Part shown: piece after piece, positions 37,936 through 51,290 of the stretch | How positions within the stretch are numbered: position 1 is the stretch's first letter | Layout: each line of letters opens with the position of its first letter | Assembly: GCA_964016885.1 (NCBI GenBank) | Contig: OZ024740.1 | Span: 205,530,001-205,594,000, forward strand | Reading direction: 5' to 3' | Source of the DNA: Eledone cirrhosa | Taxonomy: Eukaryota | DNA length: 64,000 nt | Program-made: the position numbers and the translations under genes | Notes under the pieces: generated by a model | Database searches by the model: none | Seen by the model: the letters and a program-made list of their open reading frames with translations, nothing else | What the model was told of the DNA's origin: nothing

Positions 37936-40065
37936 AGTGACTAATGATAGATTTTTCAATGTAGTATGTGATTTGAAAGAACCTGACCGGTATTTTTTTT
38001 AGCAGGGAGCGTCCCTGGGATAACATTATTCAATGTTTTCCTTTTTGAAGACGGTAGTTCATGATTCTGGTTAGTTTTTCTAACAGGTAGAGCGACTATG
38101 TAGAGGCTCTCTTAACTTTTTATCTGCTTCTCTTAGAGCAAGAAAGAGAGCCTGGGAAGTCGTGAAATTAATGGGTTTTTTTGTCTAAATATCATGACTG
38201 TTTATGAAGTGAAGAAAATGTCACCAGCCGAATGTCAAAACTGCGTTTTAGATTCAGTTTGATGTGAGTTTGTTTCCAGTCGATATTGTCAACTGATTCC
38301 TACTTCTTCAGTGAATAAAGGTGACACAATTTAATTAAAATATTTATTAATTTTCTATGTAAGGTCCTGTATATTTTGTAACTTCGTATTCTTTTGATAA
38401 TATATATATATAATCATACCAATAAACACTATATATATATAAAATAAAAGTGAGAGAAGACACTCATAGTCACACGCCACAAGTGGTGCTGGAGTTTCTC
38501 TCTAATGAACTTCGTTAATCATTGAAGAAGAAATTCAGTGTTTTATTAATATATTTCCTACACTTTTCGACATAACTACAGTTTATTGCCACCCCTTCCT
38601 AATTTGTTTTATAAATTTCTTAATAATGTGTATTTATTTTCAAATTTCGCAGATATGTATTCGAAAGTGGAGATTACAATGATGTTGATAAAATTATTTA
38701 TAATACTAGTAATTAATAATAATAATAGTAATAGTAATTAAAAAAATAACAAAAACTTTAATTTTCATACTTCCGTTTGTTAATTTACTGAATACCTTCG
38801 ATCTGTACTTGCTTTTTAATGTCATGTTGATAATGTATAATGTCAATCAGGATAATGTCGTAGGTAATGTCACCCTTACAACAATAAATTGCGGTAAAAA
38901 AAATAAAAAAAAGAATGAAGAATTCCAACATAATCGTATTCTACACCTTTGAAAATGTACCTGTAAAATTTCACTAAAAATATATATGCATTATTAAGGA
39001 AGATGGGAGGATATTAAGTTGTAGTTATGCTAAGAATAGATGAAGTTATATTGACTGTTTTATGAGGTAGACATATTATTGTCACTTATGTCTTTTGTGT
39101 GAATTGATTTCTACGTGTGGTCAGTGGAGGCGGATGATTTCATAACTTACATGTTTAAATTTGTACATTAAAAAAGCCATACACACATGAAAACATTAAA
39201 AAAATCAGTTTATTTTACCAGTTTGAAAAATAAGTTATAGACAGTATGTTGTCAAATCTATAATGAAAGGGGTCCAGCTTTGACCATCCCTTTGTTTTTA
39301 ATGGTGTTTTAGGATGGAATATGGCTATTATTTCCAACAGATTGAGCAATCACATAAACACAGGGGCCCATCTTCCTGCCCCCAAAATTTTTACGATGAA
39401 TTTTTCAAATGTAAGGGTCCTTATAACTTAAGGGCCTCAATTGTCATAAATCTAGCACATAGACACCTTCATTTAGTCGTTTACAATATTGCCAGAAATG
39501 TGGTATGTGAGGTGGGTGGGTGATATGAAGTCTTAAATTTTGATAATATGCAATCCCTTGCAAAGCTGGTAATTGGCCCAGGTCAGATGTAGGTCCCATT
39601 TGAAACTGGTCATTAAGTATTTTAGTAATCAATGTTAAATGCATATGATTTATGTATGGGTTATGTACATGTAATGTACATGATATCTTTACTAATAGGA
39701 AAAGTAAGGAAAGAACCTTTAACTTTTGTTAAAGTTGCTGGGGTGTCGTCCTGATACATAAGAATAAGAAAACTAAAACTTAAAGGGAGTAAGAAGACCT
39801 TAAAATTGTAGATCTATTGACAACTGATTTACCTGGCTCTTATCTAGTATGGTTTGGTGATATGATAGTGATAATAAATAAAAAAAAAGTTACAATAATA
39901 CCCATTTTCAGTTATGTTATTTATCTAGCTAGACTAATATATATAACTTATATTAGGAAGGCTATTTGGCAAAGGTGGATTAAGCTTACATGGGATTCTT
40001 GGCTGAAAATTTCATCAGAACCCTTGCATGTTATTTATCATAGCCAAAAAATTATTTTAGGTGCC

Positions 40066-40286
40066 TTAACCCTTTAATATTTCAACCGGCCGTATTTGGC
40101 CAGAATTCTCTCACCTCTTTCTGTTCAAACCGGGTGTAACTGGCCATTCATACAGACATTAAGGTATTGTTCTCAAAATAAATAACATCAAAATTTCATA
40201 GATTTGAAATTATTTGAAATAATTTTGTAAAATAAAACCTTTGCCACAAAAATACATATAAAGTAATGTAAATGTTAAAGGGTTAA
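40066..40286. mobile_element. piggyBac-type MITE copy (opposite orientation)
   Basis: TTAA|CCCTTTAATATTT ... AAATGTTAAAGGG|TTAA; reverse complement of 2628-2856. Confidence 0.8.
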
Positions 40287-41149
40287 AATATCATATGGCC
40301 CTTGACTTGGACTCTTCCTTGAGGCAAACAGAAATGGGGCAGTTCAAATATCACCTGGCAGCAAACATTTCAAGATAATCTGAAGTCTGTCAACATTACC
40401 TGAAATGGTTGTGAAAGAGCAGCAATGGATTGTGTGCATTGCAGCATGTTTGTTGCCCAGTGTGCTACCCAGCATATGAGGACCTAAGATTTGGCTATAG
40501 CTCAGTCCCCTTCTCTCTCCCAAATTTCCCACTAGCATCCGGCCATTGAAGAGACCTGCTAGAAAAAGGATCTCTCTGCACCGATGCAAACATAGAAAAA
40601 CAGACGTAAAACTGATGATGATAACATTTATTATAAAAATATTTTCTACCAGATCAGAGTATCTCTACTTCCTACTCTAAAAATAATATTAAAATAATAT
40701 TAATGTTATTTACAACATTTTGATACAATACTTACACAGGACATGATGCTACTCATTATACTTTTATGTTTTTTTTGTCAATGTTAATCTTTATTAATCT
40801 TTAATACTAAACTGCTTTTGTCAAAAAAAGAAAAAAAAAAAGAAGTTTAAATGAACTTTTGCTGAGGTGTTTGAGACTAAATTGATGTTATTGTGGACAC
40901 CTCTCCCTATTTATAATGTCATTAATGTACAGGCTGACACTTGCTTTCTTTTTATGTAGGTTAATACTTTTCACAAATCACAAAAGCTTTCTAAGATCAG
41001 TGTTTATAGCCTTTTTCTCTTGTGTTATGCAAATGAGAGATACATTTCTGCTTGGATAGGATGTTATCTTTATAAGTTTCTTCTGTGAAGTCAGATCCCT
41101 ATTCTTTAACTTAGGTGAGCTAAGACATGTGGCTAAGTGGTTAAATTCA

Positions 41150-41775
41150 TCATCATAATCATTGTTTTTACATCCGTTTTTCCATGCTTGCTTGGGTTGG
41201 ATGGTTCCTCAGCAGAACATCTCTCCACTTGCCGCTTTTCTTTGTCATTTTCTCTGTGAGTTTCAGCGATTTAAGGTATTTCTTGGTCTACCTCTACTGA
41301 GGCTTCCTTCCACTGGCATTTCATGGCACTTCTTCACCCATCGATCATCATCCATGCACAACACATATCTGTATCAATGCAATCTTGGGTTGGATGGGTC
41401 CTCAGCAGAGCATCTCTCCACTTGCTGCTTTTCTTTGTCATTTCCACTGTGAGTTTCAGCGATTTAAGGTCAGCTCTCACCGCCTCTGCTCAGGTCTTTC
41501 TTGGCCTACCTCTACTGAGGCTTCCTTCCACTGGCATTTCATGGCACTTCTTCACCCATCAATCATCATCCATGCACAACACATCTGTATCAATGCAATC
41601 TTCACTCCTGTACACCACCTCGGATTCTTCTTAAACTCAACTTCTCCCTCAGTTTATCCAAGCTCAGCCTTTCTCTCCCATTTACATTGCACATCCAATG
41701 AAGCCTGGCTGCTTCATTTCTCTCCAGTCTATGCATGTCTTCTGCAGTCGCTGCCCATATTTCACTACCATGTAA
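41150..41775 (-). mobile_element. RTE LINE 3' fragment with ~195-bp internal tandem duplication
   Basis: 41190-41384 and 41385-41600 are near-duplicate segments; (CAT)n tail at the left end. Confidence 0.7.
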
Positions 41776-43777
41776 TTAGAGTGTTGGACTTAATATTGTA
41801 ATGCCATGGGTTTAATTCTTGGACCACTCAGCTGAAAATGAGTACCAGCTGGGGGGTTAACCTTGCTATGAACTGTTGTCCTTTTCAAGGTGCAGTCTTG
41901 TACTTTCAGGTCAATGAAATCGAGATAAGCTCTGGCTTGATGAGCTTTTGGGATTGGGATAGAGTTTAACTTCTTTTAAAGCAAGTAAAATTTAGAGACA
42001 TGATGGATCTTCTGTTGGTTTTGATGATTATCTTTTAGTTTAATTGAACATCCAATGTGTGAATTAAAGTGTAAGTGGTGCCATGATAAAATGCTTCCAG
42101 TACATGATGTAAAGTGGTTAGCAGTAGGAAGGGCATCCAGCCATAGAAACCATACTAAAAACAATATATTAGGAAGGTGCAGTCATCTGACCTGTCTAGT
42201 CTCAGAACATGACAATCCATCTAATCCATGCAAGCATAGAAAATAGATGTAAAATGATGATGATGATGATGCATACTCTTAATGTAATTTCATAAGATGC
42301 AGCTAAAAGGGAGGGCACCAGGATGGGTATCCAGTTATAAAGCATTGCTTTAAAAAAGACACCATGATAAGCCTTTCATGAGGCCTGTAAGCCTTAACAC
42401 ATGCTTTAGTAGGGAAAAATGGCCCTAAAATGCTAGCTGCTGAAATGAAAGAGTAATGAATGGGTTAAAGGGTATATGGGACTACATTGTCTTCTGTGTC
42501 ATTTCTTTATTTAAGATGTTTGTGTGAGATTTTATAGATATTTGACTACTATTTCTAACTGATCAGGAGAGTGTGCATTGCGGCTCCCTTATTGGTTATC
42601 TTAAGAGGAAACAATCAATTATGCCTCTACCACTCTCTTTCCTCTGTATCACTGTAGGTATTTAACAACCAAATATTAAACCTTATTAATTAACTTGGAT
42701 CACTTTAATTACTCCATTTGCATTACTGTGATTACTCTGTGAAAGTAGCACAAAGCTTGTGATACAATTATTGATTTTTAACATCCATCTTTCTATTTGA
42801 TTAGATGAATTATTAATGCAGTTTCTTTTCTCAACTCAGATTCTCTCACTAAATATTCCATTTAAGGATTAATACTTTTATCAAAAATTCAAACCTCTCA
42901 TGTTTCTGTTTCTGTAGTCTTCCTCTATACTAATCAATAGTTGTAGTATTTACTTAGCTTACTAGTTTTTCTCTTTATATAGAGTGGGGTGACAAGACAG
43001 CTCATTCTACTCTAGCTTACTGTTGCTTGGGAGAGAGAATGGAGGAGGCACAAGAAAGGAAGCACTAGGTGTATGCTAGTGGAGGTTGACAGTAGAGGGT
43101 TTGTAATGACCATGGAATCATGGGCATTAATGGAGCAAGCAGAAGAGCCATAAAAAACAATATGGAAGCATCAAAGAGAGCATCTAGATGACTATGGTTG
43201 AAGAGAGTGATCAATAGGAGTCAGTCGTATGTATATCACTTGAACACAGGCTGAGAGTTCATCAACCTTGCTGAGGTCATCTGGATGAGGGTGTATATTA
43301 TAAGACCCAAAACACCCAGTGACTCCAGGATATAACATTAATTTAGATACAGATTTTAAGCTATAGATTTTAAGAACCTTTAAGTTATAGTCAACATGCC
43401 AGCTTGATAATGAGAAAGTTAAATTCAATAATCAAGTTCCTACAACTGGTTTTGCCAATCGTTGGGGTGTTCCTCTAGATTTTCACTATGTCCATCATAG
43501 CATTTCTGTGGGCCTTAGAAGTGTTTGGTGGTGCTTGTCTCCTCTTCAAGTTAATTAAAAAAACCTCCAAATTTTTTATTATGTTCCAAATTGTTTGAAT
43601 TACAAACAGTGTCTTTCATTAGAAATATGATAATGAAATGGTTGGATTACTGTATTTAGTTTTAAATATTGATTTTATCTTTATTTTTACATTTTCTTTT
43701 GTACTTTTGTGAAAAACATTTCTAAATTTTAATTATTTTACAGATTATTTTCTTTGTATTTTTTTCTATGAATTATT

Positions 43778-43946
43778 GGCTAAAGGACATTGAACAGCTT
43801 TAGACTTAGCTAAATACATTGAACAGATTTAGACTTAGCTAAAGACACGGAACAGATTTAGACTTAGCTAAAGACACTGAACAGATTTAGACTTAGCTAA
43901 AGACACTGAACAGATTTAGACTTAACTAAAAACATTGAACAGATTA
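43778..43946. repeat. 29-bp minisatellite, about 5-6 copies (GACTTAGCTAAAGACACTGAACAGATTTA)
   Basis: Directly visible tandem units. Confidence 0.93.
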
Positions 43947-44486
43947 GATATACTAAAGTAACAAGCAGGAAATAAATTCCATTTTCCTCTTGAAGAGTAT
44001 TCAATTGTAATTAATTTAACACTTTGTGCAAGAAACCAAATTTAATATAGAAAATCAATTGTAAAATGTTCAAATGAAAAAAGAAAAAAAAATCACATCA
44101 TTTTACATCTGTTCTTCCTGCTAGCAAGTGTTGGATGGGTTGTTGCTACTGACCTCACAGATTAGCTAAGGATGGGGCGGGGGGCATCTTGCTGTAGGTT
44201 TTCTTTTCTTCATTATATTCATGAATTATAGTTTTTCAAAAAACACATTCAAATTTTCTATTCAATGAGAGTCATTGGTAGAATTATTAGGGTGTTGGAT
44301 AGAATGCTTTACAGCATTTATTTTGGTTCTCTGTTCTCTGAGTTCAAATCCTTCTATGGTCAACATAACATTTCCTCCTTTCGGGATCCATAAATAAAAT
44401 ACTAGTCAAGTAATGGGGTTGGTATTTCTTCTATTGGCTGATTTTACTCATTATAATTATGGATTATAAATTAAAAGTTTCATTGT

Positions 44487-44570
44487 ACCATCATCACCAC
44501 CACCACCACCATCATCATCATCATTATCACCATTACCATCACGATCACCATCACCATCACCATCATCACG
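44487..44570. repeat. (CAC/CAT)n microsatellite
   Basis: Directly visible. Confidence 0.9.
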
Positions 44571-45634
44571 TTGCAGTTCAATATAAACATTTAGTTGCAT
44601 ATATCATACTTAGAATGAAGTATGGGCATAGAAAATCCTGCATTGAACTAAAATCACTTGATAGATGAGTAAAATTTTACTTCTCTAAATCTTTATTTGT
44701 TAACTCAAACAACAGTAGAATCACCTGACCTTCATTCAGGAATCTCATATTGCTACTGTTACAACAGTATTAATCCCATTCATTTTCCCTGCTAAAGTAA
44801 GGGTTTGCCTTGTGGACCCCATGGCAAACATCTCCATTTTGCCCTTTCGTCTACATCTCCCTGCACCAACCCTTTGGCTTTCATTTCTTTCATCTGTAGC
44901 CATGTCTTTCCTGGTCTTCCCCTTCTTTCACTTCCTTCCACATCCATTTTGATTGCTACATTAAATATAAAATGTAATTTAAATGAGTTACAGATTAACT
45001 AAAGATTGAAATATAAAGTTATATACTTTTGTTTAGATATTAAGAAGAGGCACAAATTCTTCAAATTGATATGTTAGATACTTAACATGGTCAAATAATT
45101 ATGAAGTATGCTTCACAATCATAAGATCTCGGATTTGAGCCAATTTTTATTTGGAGTTGCTGCCTCTTTGGCGGGGTTGGGGGGACCATATCTTGCTCAT
45201 ATGACAAGTCTTCTAAAGATGGCAATTTACGTAGTGTACTAGGTGTATTTTATCATACATAGCAAAACAGTCCTTTTCACTCTGCCAGATGTTCTTTCTG
45301 GATATAAGTGCCTGGTTGGGAGAGGGTGTAATTCAAAAGGGGTGGGGGGTGAAGAGCAAGAGATTAAATAAGGAGAGAGCATGATTAAAAGTGTGAAGGG
45401 GTTGAAAACGTAATAGGATGGTAGATGAGGGATAGAAACATTGGTAGTTGCATGCTGGTCGTTGTAACAAAACTGACAGCTGGCTTATTTTCCTTTAATT
45501 TGTATTTGTATGGTGAGTGACATGCAAACAAAGTCTAGGAAGACAATTTAAAGAAAATGTTCAAAAACTTGTTCGTAATTTTCAAAATACCAGCAAGAGA
45601 AAATACAGTAATATATATATATATATATTAATAT

Positions 45635-46370
45635 ACTAGCAGTGTAGCTTGTTGTCAGGCAATTTTCACCATAGAATGTCTTTCTGTAATTTCTTTTATA
45701 CTGTCTCTTTCCATGCCTCATCTCCCATTACCTATTGGGAGGTACATTTCACCATAACTGACTTTTTTTTATTTATCTGATGGGTTGAGTAAGAAAACAT
45801 GGAAATATAAAGCTATTTAAGAAAAGCAACAAATAGTAAGGTAATTGATTTATTAGCAGTGCATTTATACAGATTTATACATGAAAGGAATTCTTTTCTT
45901 CTTTCTTCAGTAAGGATTTCTTCGATGGATAGGCCTCATGATTAGGATGGATTTCTGCATTATTTGGGGCAATTTATCTTTTCTTGATAAATAATGTTTT
46001 TAGTTTTCCATTTGGTGCATAGATGTAACAATTTTTCTTACTTCCTAAAGCTGACCAAGGGTGAAGCAGGACTAGTCAAGCTGTAAACGAACAACCAAAA
46101 ATATTTGCCCCTGTGATTTGTTGATGGTCATGACAAATCTAAGACTCACTGGAAATGGAAGTTGTTTGAATTCAAATGGGACATCAGTGGGGATCAGAGG
46201 AATTCTTGGGATAAACACATCCTCTCTACCATATCCCGTTGAAATGGTGGCTTGATTCACGTGTGGATACATTTTTTCACAACCAGTCAAGGGTCGATGC
46301 ATAGCCTTAATGGGTCCAAATTCCTTAATAACATGATGGGTGCACCTAGGGATTTAAATCACTGATGTTC
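45635..46370 (-). mobile_element. Helitron 3' fragment (PIF1-like helicase C-terminus)
   Basis: VFIPRIPLIPTDVPFEFKQLPFPVSLRFVMTINKSQGQ is the canonical Helitron helicase motif; CTGCTAG|T end on the minus strand at ~45635. Confidence 0.85.
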
Positions 46371-49289
46371 AGTGCTAATCACCCAATCATGAGACTAAAA
46401 CTGATTATGGTAGTTGCAATGTGTGGAGGAAGATTGAGGCCACATGCTACGAAAGCAGTTGAATGATGATGAAGCACCAATGTGACTTCGAAGAAATATT
46501 GTCTGGGGAGTATATCAATATGTGAATTACAGGTACAGTCTGATGGGTTTCTAAATAGTTTCCATCTACTCACAAGGCTTGAGATGACAAAAAACTATGA
46601 TACTTGTCTAAGATCACACATAGTGGGATTGAATGCAGGACCTAATGGTTGTGAAATAAACTTCATAACTATTCATCTATATTGCATCCACTGAATTTTT
46701 AAATATTTTGTGACTGTTTAGCCTACTTTCAGGAAATAATCAACTGCATAATCTACAGATTCTAATGATTTCTCTTTATTGATTTAGTTACTTGTATCAT
46801 TTCCTGAAAAAAATATTTTTCTAGCTGTGTGATTCTTGTAAATAATATGTAGTTTGTTTTTAGATTCTAATTTTTTTTTATTATGAGAAAAATAATTCCT
46901 ACACATTAACATAATGGTTAGTGAACAGCCTGAGAGAATATATCCTTGTTGCAGATTTGACAACCTCTCTAGTGTTAGTTCCATGATAAAATACACCCAT
47001 TACACTTTGTAAAGTGGTTGACGATTGAACAGAGACACTTTAATGTAGAGAGAAATCTTCAGTTTTGATGAGTTCATGACAACCTTTCTAGTGATGGTCA
47101 CATGATAAATGTACTCAGTACATTCTGTAAAGCGGTTGGTGTTAGGAAGGGCATCCAGCTGTAGAAACCATGCCAAAATATGAAAAATATAAACAATGCC
47201 TGGCTATTTGACCCATTTTGTCTTGGATTGTGCTGACTCATCCAACCCAAGCCAGCATAGAAAAATGGATGTAAAATAGCGATGTGGATGATGTCTTCAG
47301 CTTTGTGTCAATTTTCCTTGCACATCATCACCATCATCATTTTTATGTTCATTTTTCCAAGCTGGCATAGATTTGGCAGGTTTATTTCAACTTAGCATCT
47401 TTCCTAGTTGCTGTCCTTTAACATCATCTTTAAGAAGCCAAGTATATTGAGACCAGTCCCCACTAATTCCACCCTTACGTCCAGGCTTCCTCTTCTGCTT
47501 GTATTGTTTAACATTAGAACAATCCCCACCACTTCTGCCCTCATCTTTCATCTCTCTCTTCTGGTTATATTGTTCTCTATCTCCTTCATCTCATCAAAGG
47601 CAATATGAAGTACTTTTCAGAATTTATGTACAATAGAAGTATCTTTTAGCCTCTATACCTACCTTTTCCAGTGTCTTCTGTGTCTGGCATTATCTAGCAC
47701 TTACCCTGTGTGTCACTGATAACTAGTTCATATTAAATGGTAAATTCATCACAGGAGAACAAATTAGCATTAATTATCAACTCTCTATCTTGTTTTCTGA
47801 TGAGAATGAAATCTATCAGGCTAGCATGTTTACCTGAGTGATAGGTGTAGAGGTGGTGAGTTGGCTTTCTGAAATTTGATCTACTAATTATCAGTCCTTT
47901 AAATCACAAAACTCAAAGAGCCTTGATCCCTCAACATTTCTTGTAGGCATGAGACCAATTTATGTAGGCGAGGGGTTTAATGGAAGGAATTATATATATA
48001 TAATATCATCATCATTATATATCTGTTTTCCCTGCTGACATATATGAGATGATTTGGGTTGAGGGATGGTCTTCTGAGTTATATGGCTCTACAAAGAAGA
48101 AAGCAATGAATAATACTAACAGCTTCAAATTTCATGTATATTTTCTCCTTTGTTTAATTCATTAGATCTTTATATTTAAGTTGTATTTTAAGCATTGGCC
48201 TAATTCTGTTATAATATTTGTTGTACTTGTTCACATCTCTCTCTTATTTCTTTATCTCATACAACCTGACTTATTTTCAAGTATGAACTCACATGATAAA
48301 ACACACATATATTAAATACAAAAACAAAGGAAGGTTAACTTAAAAACAAAAGCCAAATAAAAAAAGGTTTCTATAGAAAGAGTTTATTTGTTGTTTTTGA
48401 ATTGATTTAGAAAATCTGAAATATATTTTTTAGTCTATGGCATTGAAAACGTTTGGTGGGTGGGGTACAGCAAGGTTTTTGAACTCTGTTCCAGCACCAA
48501 CCTCAGGATTCAACACCAACATTGGATGAGTTGTGTAACATAGTGCTTTTCCTACTATTACATGATGGTTAACTAAACGGAATTACCAGTTCTATCCAAT
48601 GGTGAACCACTAAACATAAATGTTTAGTGGTTCACCATTGGCTATTCCAGTGTTTTAGTGTCACTTTCATCCATGGAAATACTGTTGCTTGCCTCAGAAT
48701 TATTTCGAGGTAAACACCAATAATTCCTTGTTGTAGCATGTAAATGAATGTGCACTTCTTATCTCTTTTTTTTGTTTGATAAATTTTTTTTAAATTTTTT
48801 TTATTTTGTAAATCATATTTATTATATAAATGGTATTTTAGTAGTTTTTAAGACTATCCACCTGTTTGTAGGACTAGTCAATTATATACAGTATGGCTTA
48901 TTCTGACAGTCTACTGATTCTATTTCCAGATAAGCCACTCTCCAAGTACATCAGCAGTTTTAAATCATTCTGTTTAGAAGCTCAACAGACTGCTGACCAG
49001 TTAACAGAGATTCTGTGGAATGGGCCTACTGCTTGTTACAAGCAAATATCAGAAGCAAAGTGTTTCCCAGATTCTCCTATTTCTAAGTGAGCATCATTAT
49101 ATTTTATGTTTAACCTATGTACTCCTGACATAAAGTATTAACTTTAATTTAGAGATGAGTAATGTAGAACTATCCAAGAAAGAGGTTTGATTCAACATTG
49201 TTTTTGTTCATTACCTCATTCAAGGTACACCATGGACAATGGAGTGTGTTTCACAGAATTTATGAAATTGTAAGGTTCACTGATGCAGC

Positions 49290-51250
49290 AGCGTAGTAAG
49301 TAAGGCAATCAAAGATATGAAGATGGGGAAGGCAACCGGTCCATCGGGTATAGCTGCCGAGATGCTGAAGGGATCTGGGTCTGTAGGTCACACTATAACC
49401 ACACGTATCGTTAACCAGGTAATACTAGAAGGTGCCATACCAAAAGATTGGTGCAGTAGCATCATTGTCAACTGCTACAAAGGTAAAGGCGATGCACTAG
49501 ATAGAGGAAACTATAGAGGTATAAAGTTGATGGACCAGGTCATGAAAGTAACAGAAAGAGTTATAGCACAGCTGATTAGGGACCGGGTGAAAATAGACGA
49601 GATGCAATTTGGGTTTGTACCAGGAAGAGGCACCACTGATGCCCTCTTCCTTGTGAGGCAATTACAGGAAAAGTACCTAGCTAAAAGTAAGACACTCTAC
49701 TTGGCATTTGTCGACCTTGAGAAAGCCTTTGACAGAGTACCACGTGCTGTAATCTGGTGGGCTCTTAGAAAACTAGGAGTAGATGAATGGCTTGTGAAAG
49801 CGGTACAAGCCATGTATAGGGGAGCAGTCAGCAAAGTTAGGATTAGCAATGAGTATAGCGAGGAATTTAGCGTACAGGTTGGGGTCTACCAGGGCTCTGT
49901 TCTTAGCCCTCTCCTGTTCACCATAGTCCTGCAGGCAATAACGGAGGAGTTTAAGACCGGATGCCCATGGGAACTCCTGTATGCTGATGACCTCGCACTC
50001 ATAGCTGAATCTATGGTAGAACTAGAGAATAAATTCCAAACTTGGAAGCAGGGACTAGAAAGAAAGGGTCTCAAAGTCAACATGACAAAGACTAAGGTCC
50101 TTGTAAGTAGACGAGAAAACAGAACCCAGATCCCCTCAGGGAAATGGCCTTGCTCAGTATGTAGGAAAGGTGTAGGTAGGAACTCCATTCTCTGCCCCAA
50201 ATGCAAACAATGGGTACACAAGAGATGTAGCGGGATCTCAGGAAGCTTAATTAAGAATGTAGGATTCACATGCAGCAGCTGTGCTGAGACAGCAAGCAGC
50301 AAACAGCCACAGGAAACAAGTACCACCAATCTCTGGGAGGGCCCTGTAGAAACAGTAGACAGCTTCTGCTACCTAGGTGACCGAATAAGCAGCGGAGGTG
50401 GGTGTTCAGAAAGTACAATAACTAGGGTAAGAACGGGATGGAAGAAGTTTAGGGAACTACTACCACTGCTAGCTGCAAAAGGCTTCTCCCTCAGAATGAA
50501 AGGCAGACTGTATGATGCGTGTATCCGAACAGCGATGTTGCATGGTAGTGAGACCTGGGCGCTGAAGGTGGAAGACTTACATAGATTAGAGAGAAACGAA
50601 GCCTGCATGCTCCGATGGATGTGTAACAGTAATATACGTGAACGACAAAGCATAAATGAATTGAGAGAGAGACTGAGCATAAGAGGAATCAAATGCTGTG
50701 TGCAGGAGAGGCGGTTGCGCTGGTATGGACATGTGATGCGTATGAAGGATGACAGCTGCATAAAAAGGTGCAGAGCACTAGAAGTTGATGGAAACCGCGG
50801 AGTGGGGAGACCCAAGATGACCTGAGATGAGGTGATAAAAGCCGACCTTACCCAATTGCACCTCTCAAAGACAATGACACATGACCGTGAATTCTGGCGT
50901 CACGCAGTAATACAGATTACCCGACCTCCCATGGGTACAAGCTGAAGCATATAGACAATATGCCTCCACACCCTCCACCGCAAGGTGGTCGTGGAGGTGC
51001 CACGGCAAAAAAGCCCCCAGCCCACACTGTAAAGTGGACGTGTAGGCGCCACGAAAAAGCACCCAGCACTCACTGTAAATGAGGTTGGTGTTAGGAAGGG
51101 CATCCAGCTGTAGAAATCAAGCCAAATCAGTTCCTGTATGAGCAAGGCATGGTCAGCCGACCAGACACTGCCCACAACAGGACAACCCGTCTAACCCATG
51201 CTAGCGTGGAAGAACGGACGTAAAACGGTGATGATGATGATGATGATGAT
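49290..51250 (+). mobile_element. 5'-truncated RTE-clade LINE with intact RT ORF and (GAT)n tail
   Basis: GKATGPSGI, NYRGIKL, QFGF, FVDLEKAFDRV, GVYQGSVLSP, LLYADDL, YLGD, RRLRWYGHV; 3' UTR then (GAT)n at ~51229-51250; no APE endonuclease domain present. Confidence 0.96.
49317..50825 (+). CDS. LINE reverse transcriptase (502 aa ORF) with PHD-like Cys/His insertion
   Basis: All non-LTR RT motifs lie in one open frame; transposon-encoded, not a host gene. Confidence 0.85.
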   Translation: MKMGKATGPSGIAAEMLKGSGSVGHTITTRIVNQVILEGAIPKDWCSSIIVNCYKGKGDALDRGNYRGIKLMDQVMKVTERVIAQLIRDRVKIDEMQFGFVPGRGTTDALFLVRQLQEKYLAKSKTLYLAFVDLEKAFDRVPRAVIWWALRKLGVDEWLVKAVQAMYRGAVSKVRISNEYSEEFSVQVGVYQGSVLSPLLFTIVLQAITEEFKTGCPWELLYADDLALIAESMVELENKFQTWKQGLERKGLKVNMTKTKVLVSRRENRTQIPSGKWPCSVCRKGVGRNSILCPKCKQWVHKRCSGISGSLIKNVGFTCSSCAETASSKQPQETSTTNLWEGPVETVDSFCYLGDRISSGGGCSESTITRVRTGWKKFRELLPLLAAKGFSLRMKGRLYDACIRTAMLHGSETWALKVEDLHRLERNEACMLRWMCNSNIRERQSINELRERLSIRGIKCCVQERRLRWYGHVMRMKDDSCIKRCRALEVDGNRGVGRPKMT

Positions 51251-51290
51251 CACAGAAAAGAATTAGTGTTGCAACGAGTGGAATTTATTG

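Noticed and set aside
43778-43946. Second CRISPR-like 29-bp array
   Set aside because: No spacers; a simple minisatellite.
49886-50815. Long antisense ORFs overlapping the LINE RT (also at 4032-4853)
   Set aside because: Shadow frames of the RT coding strand, with no recognisable protein.
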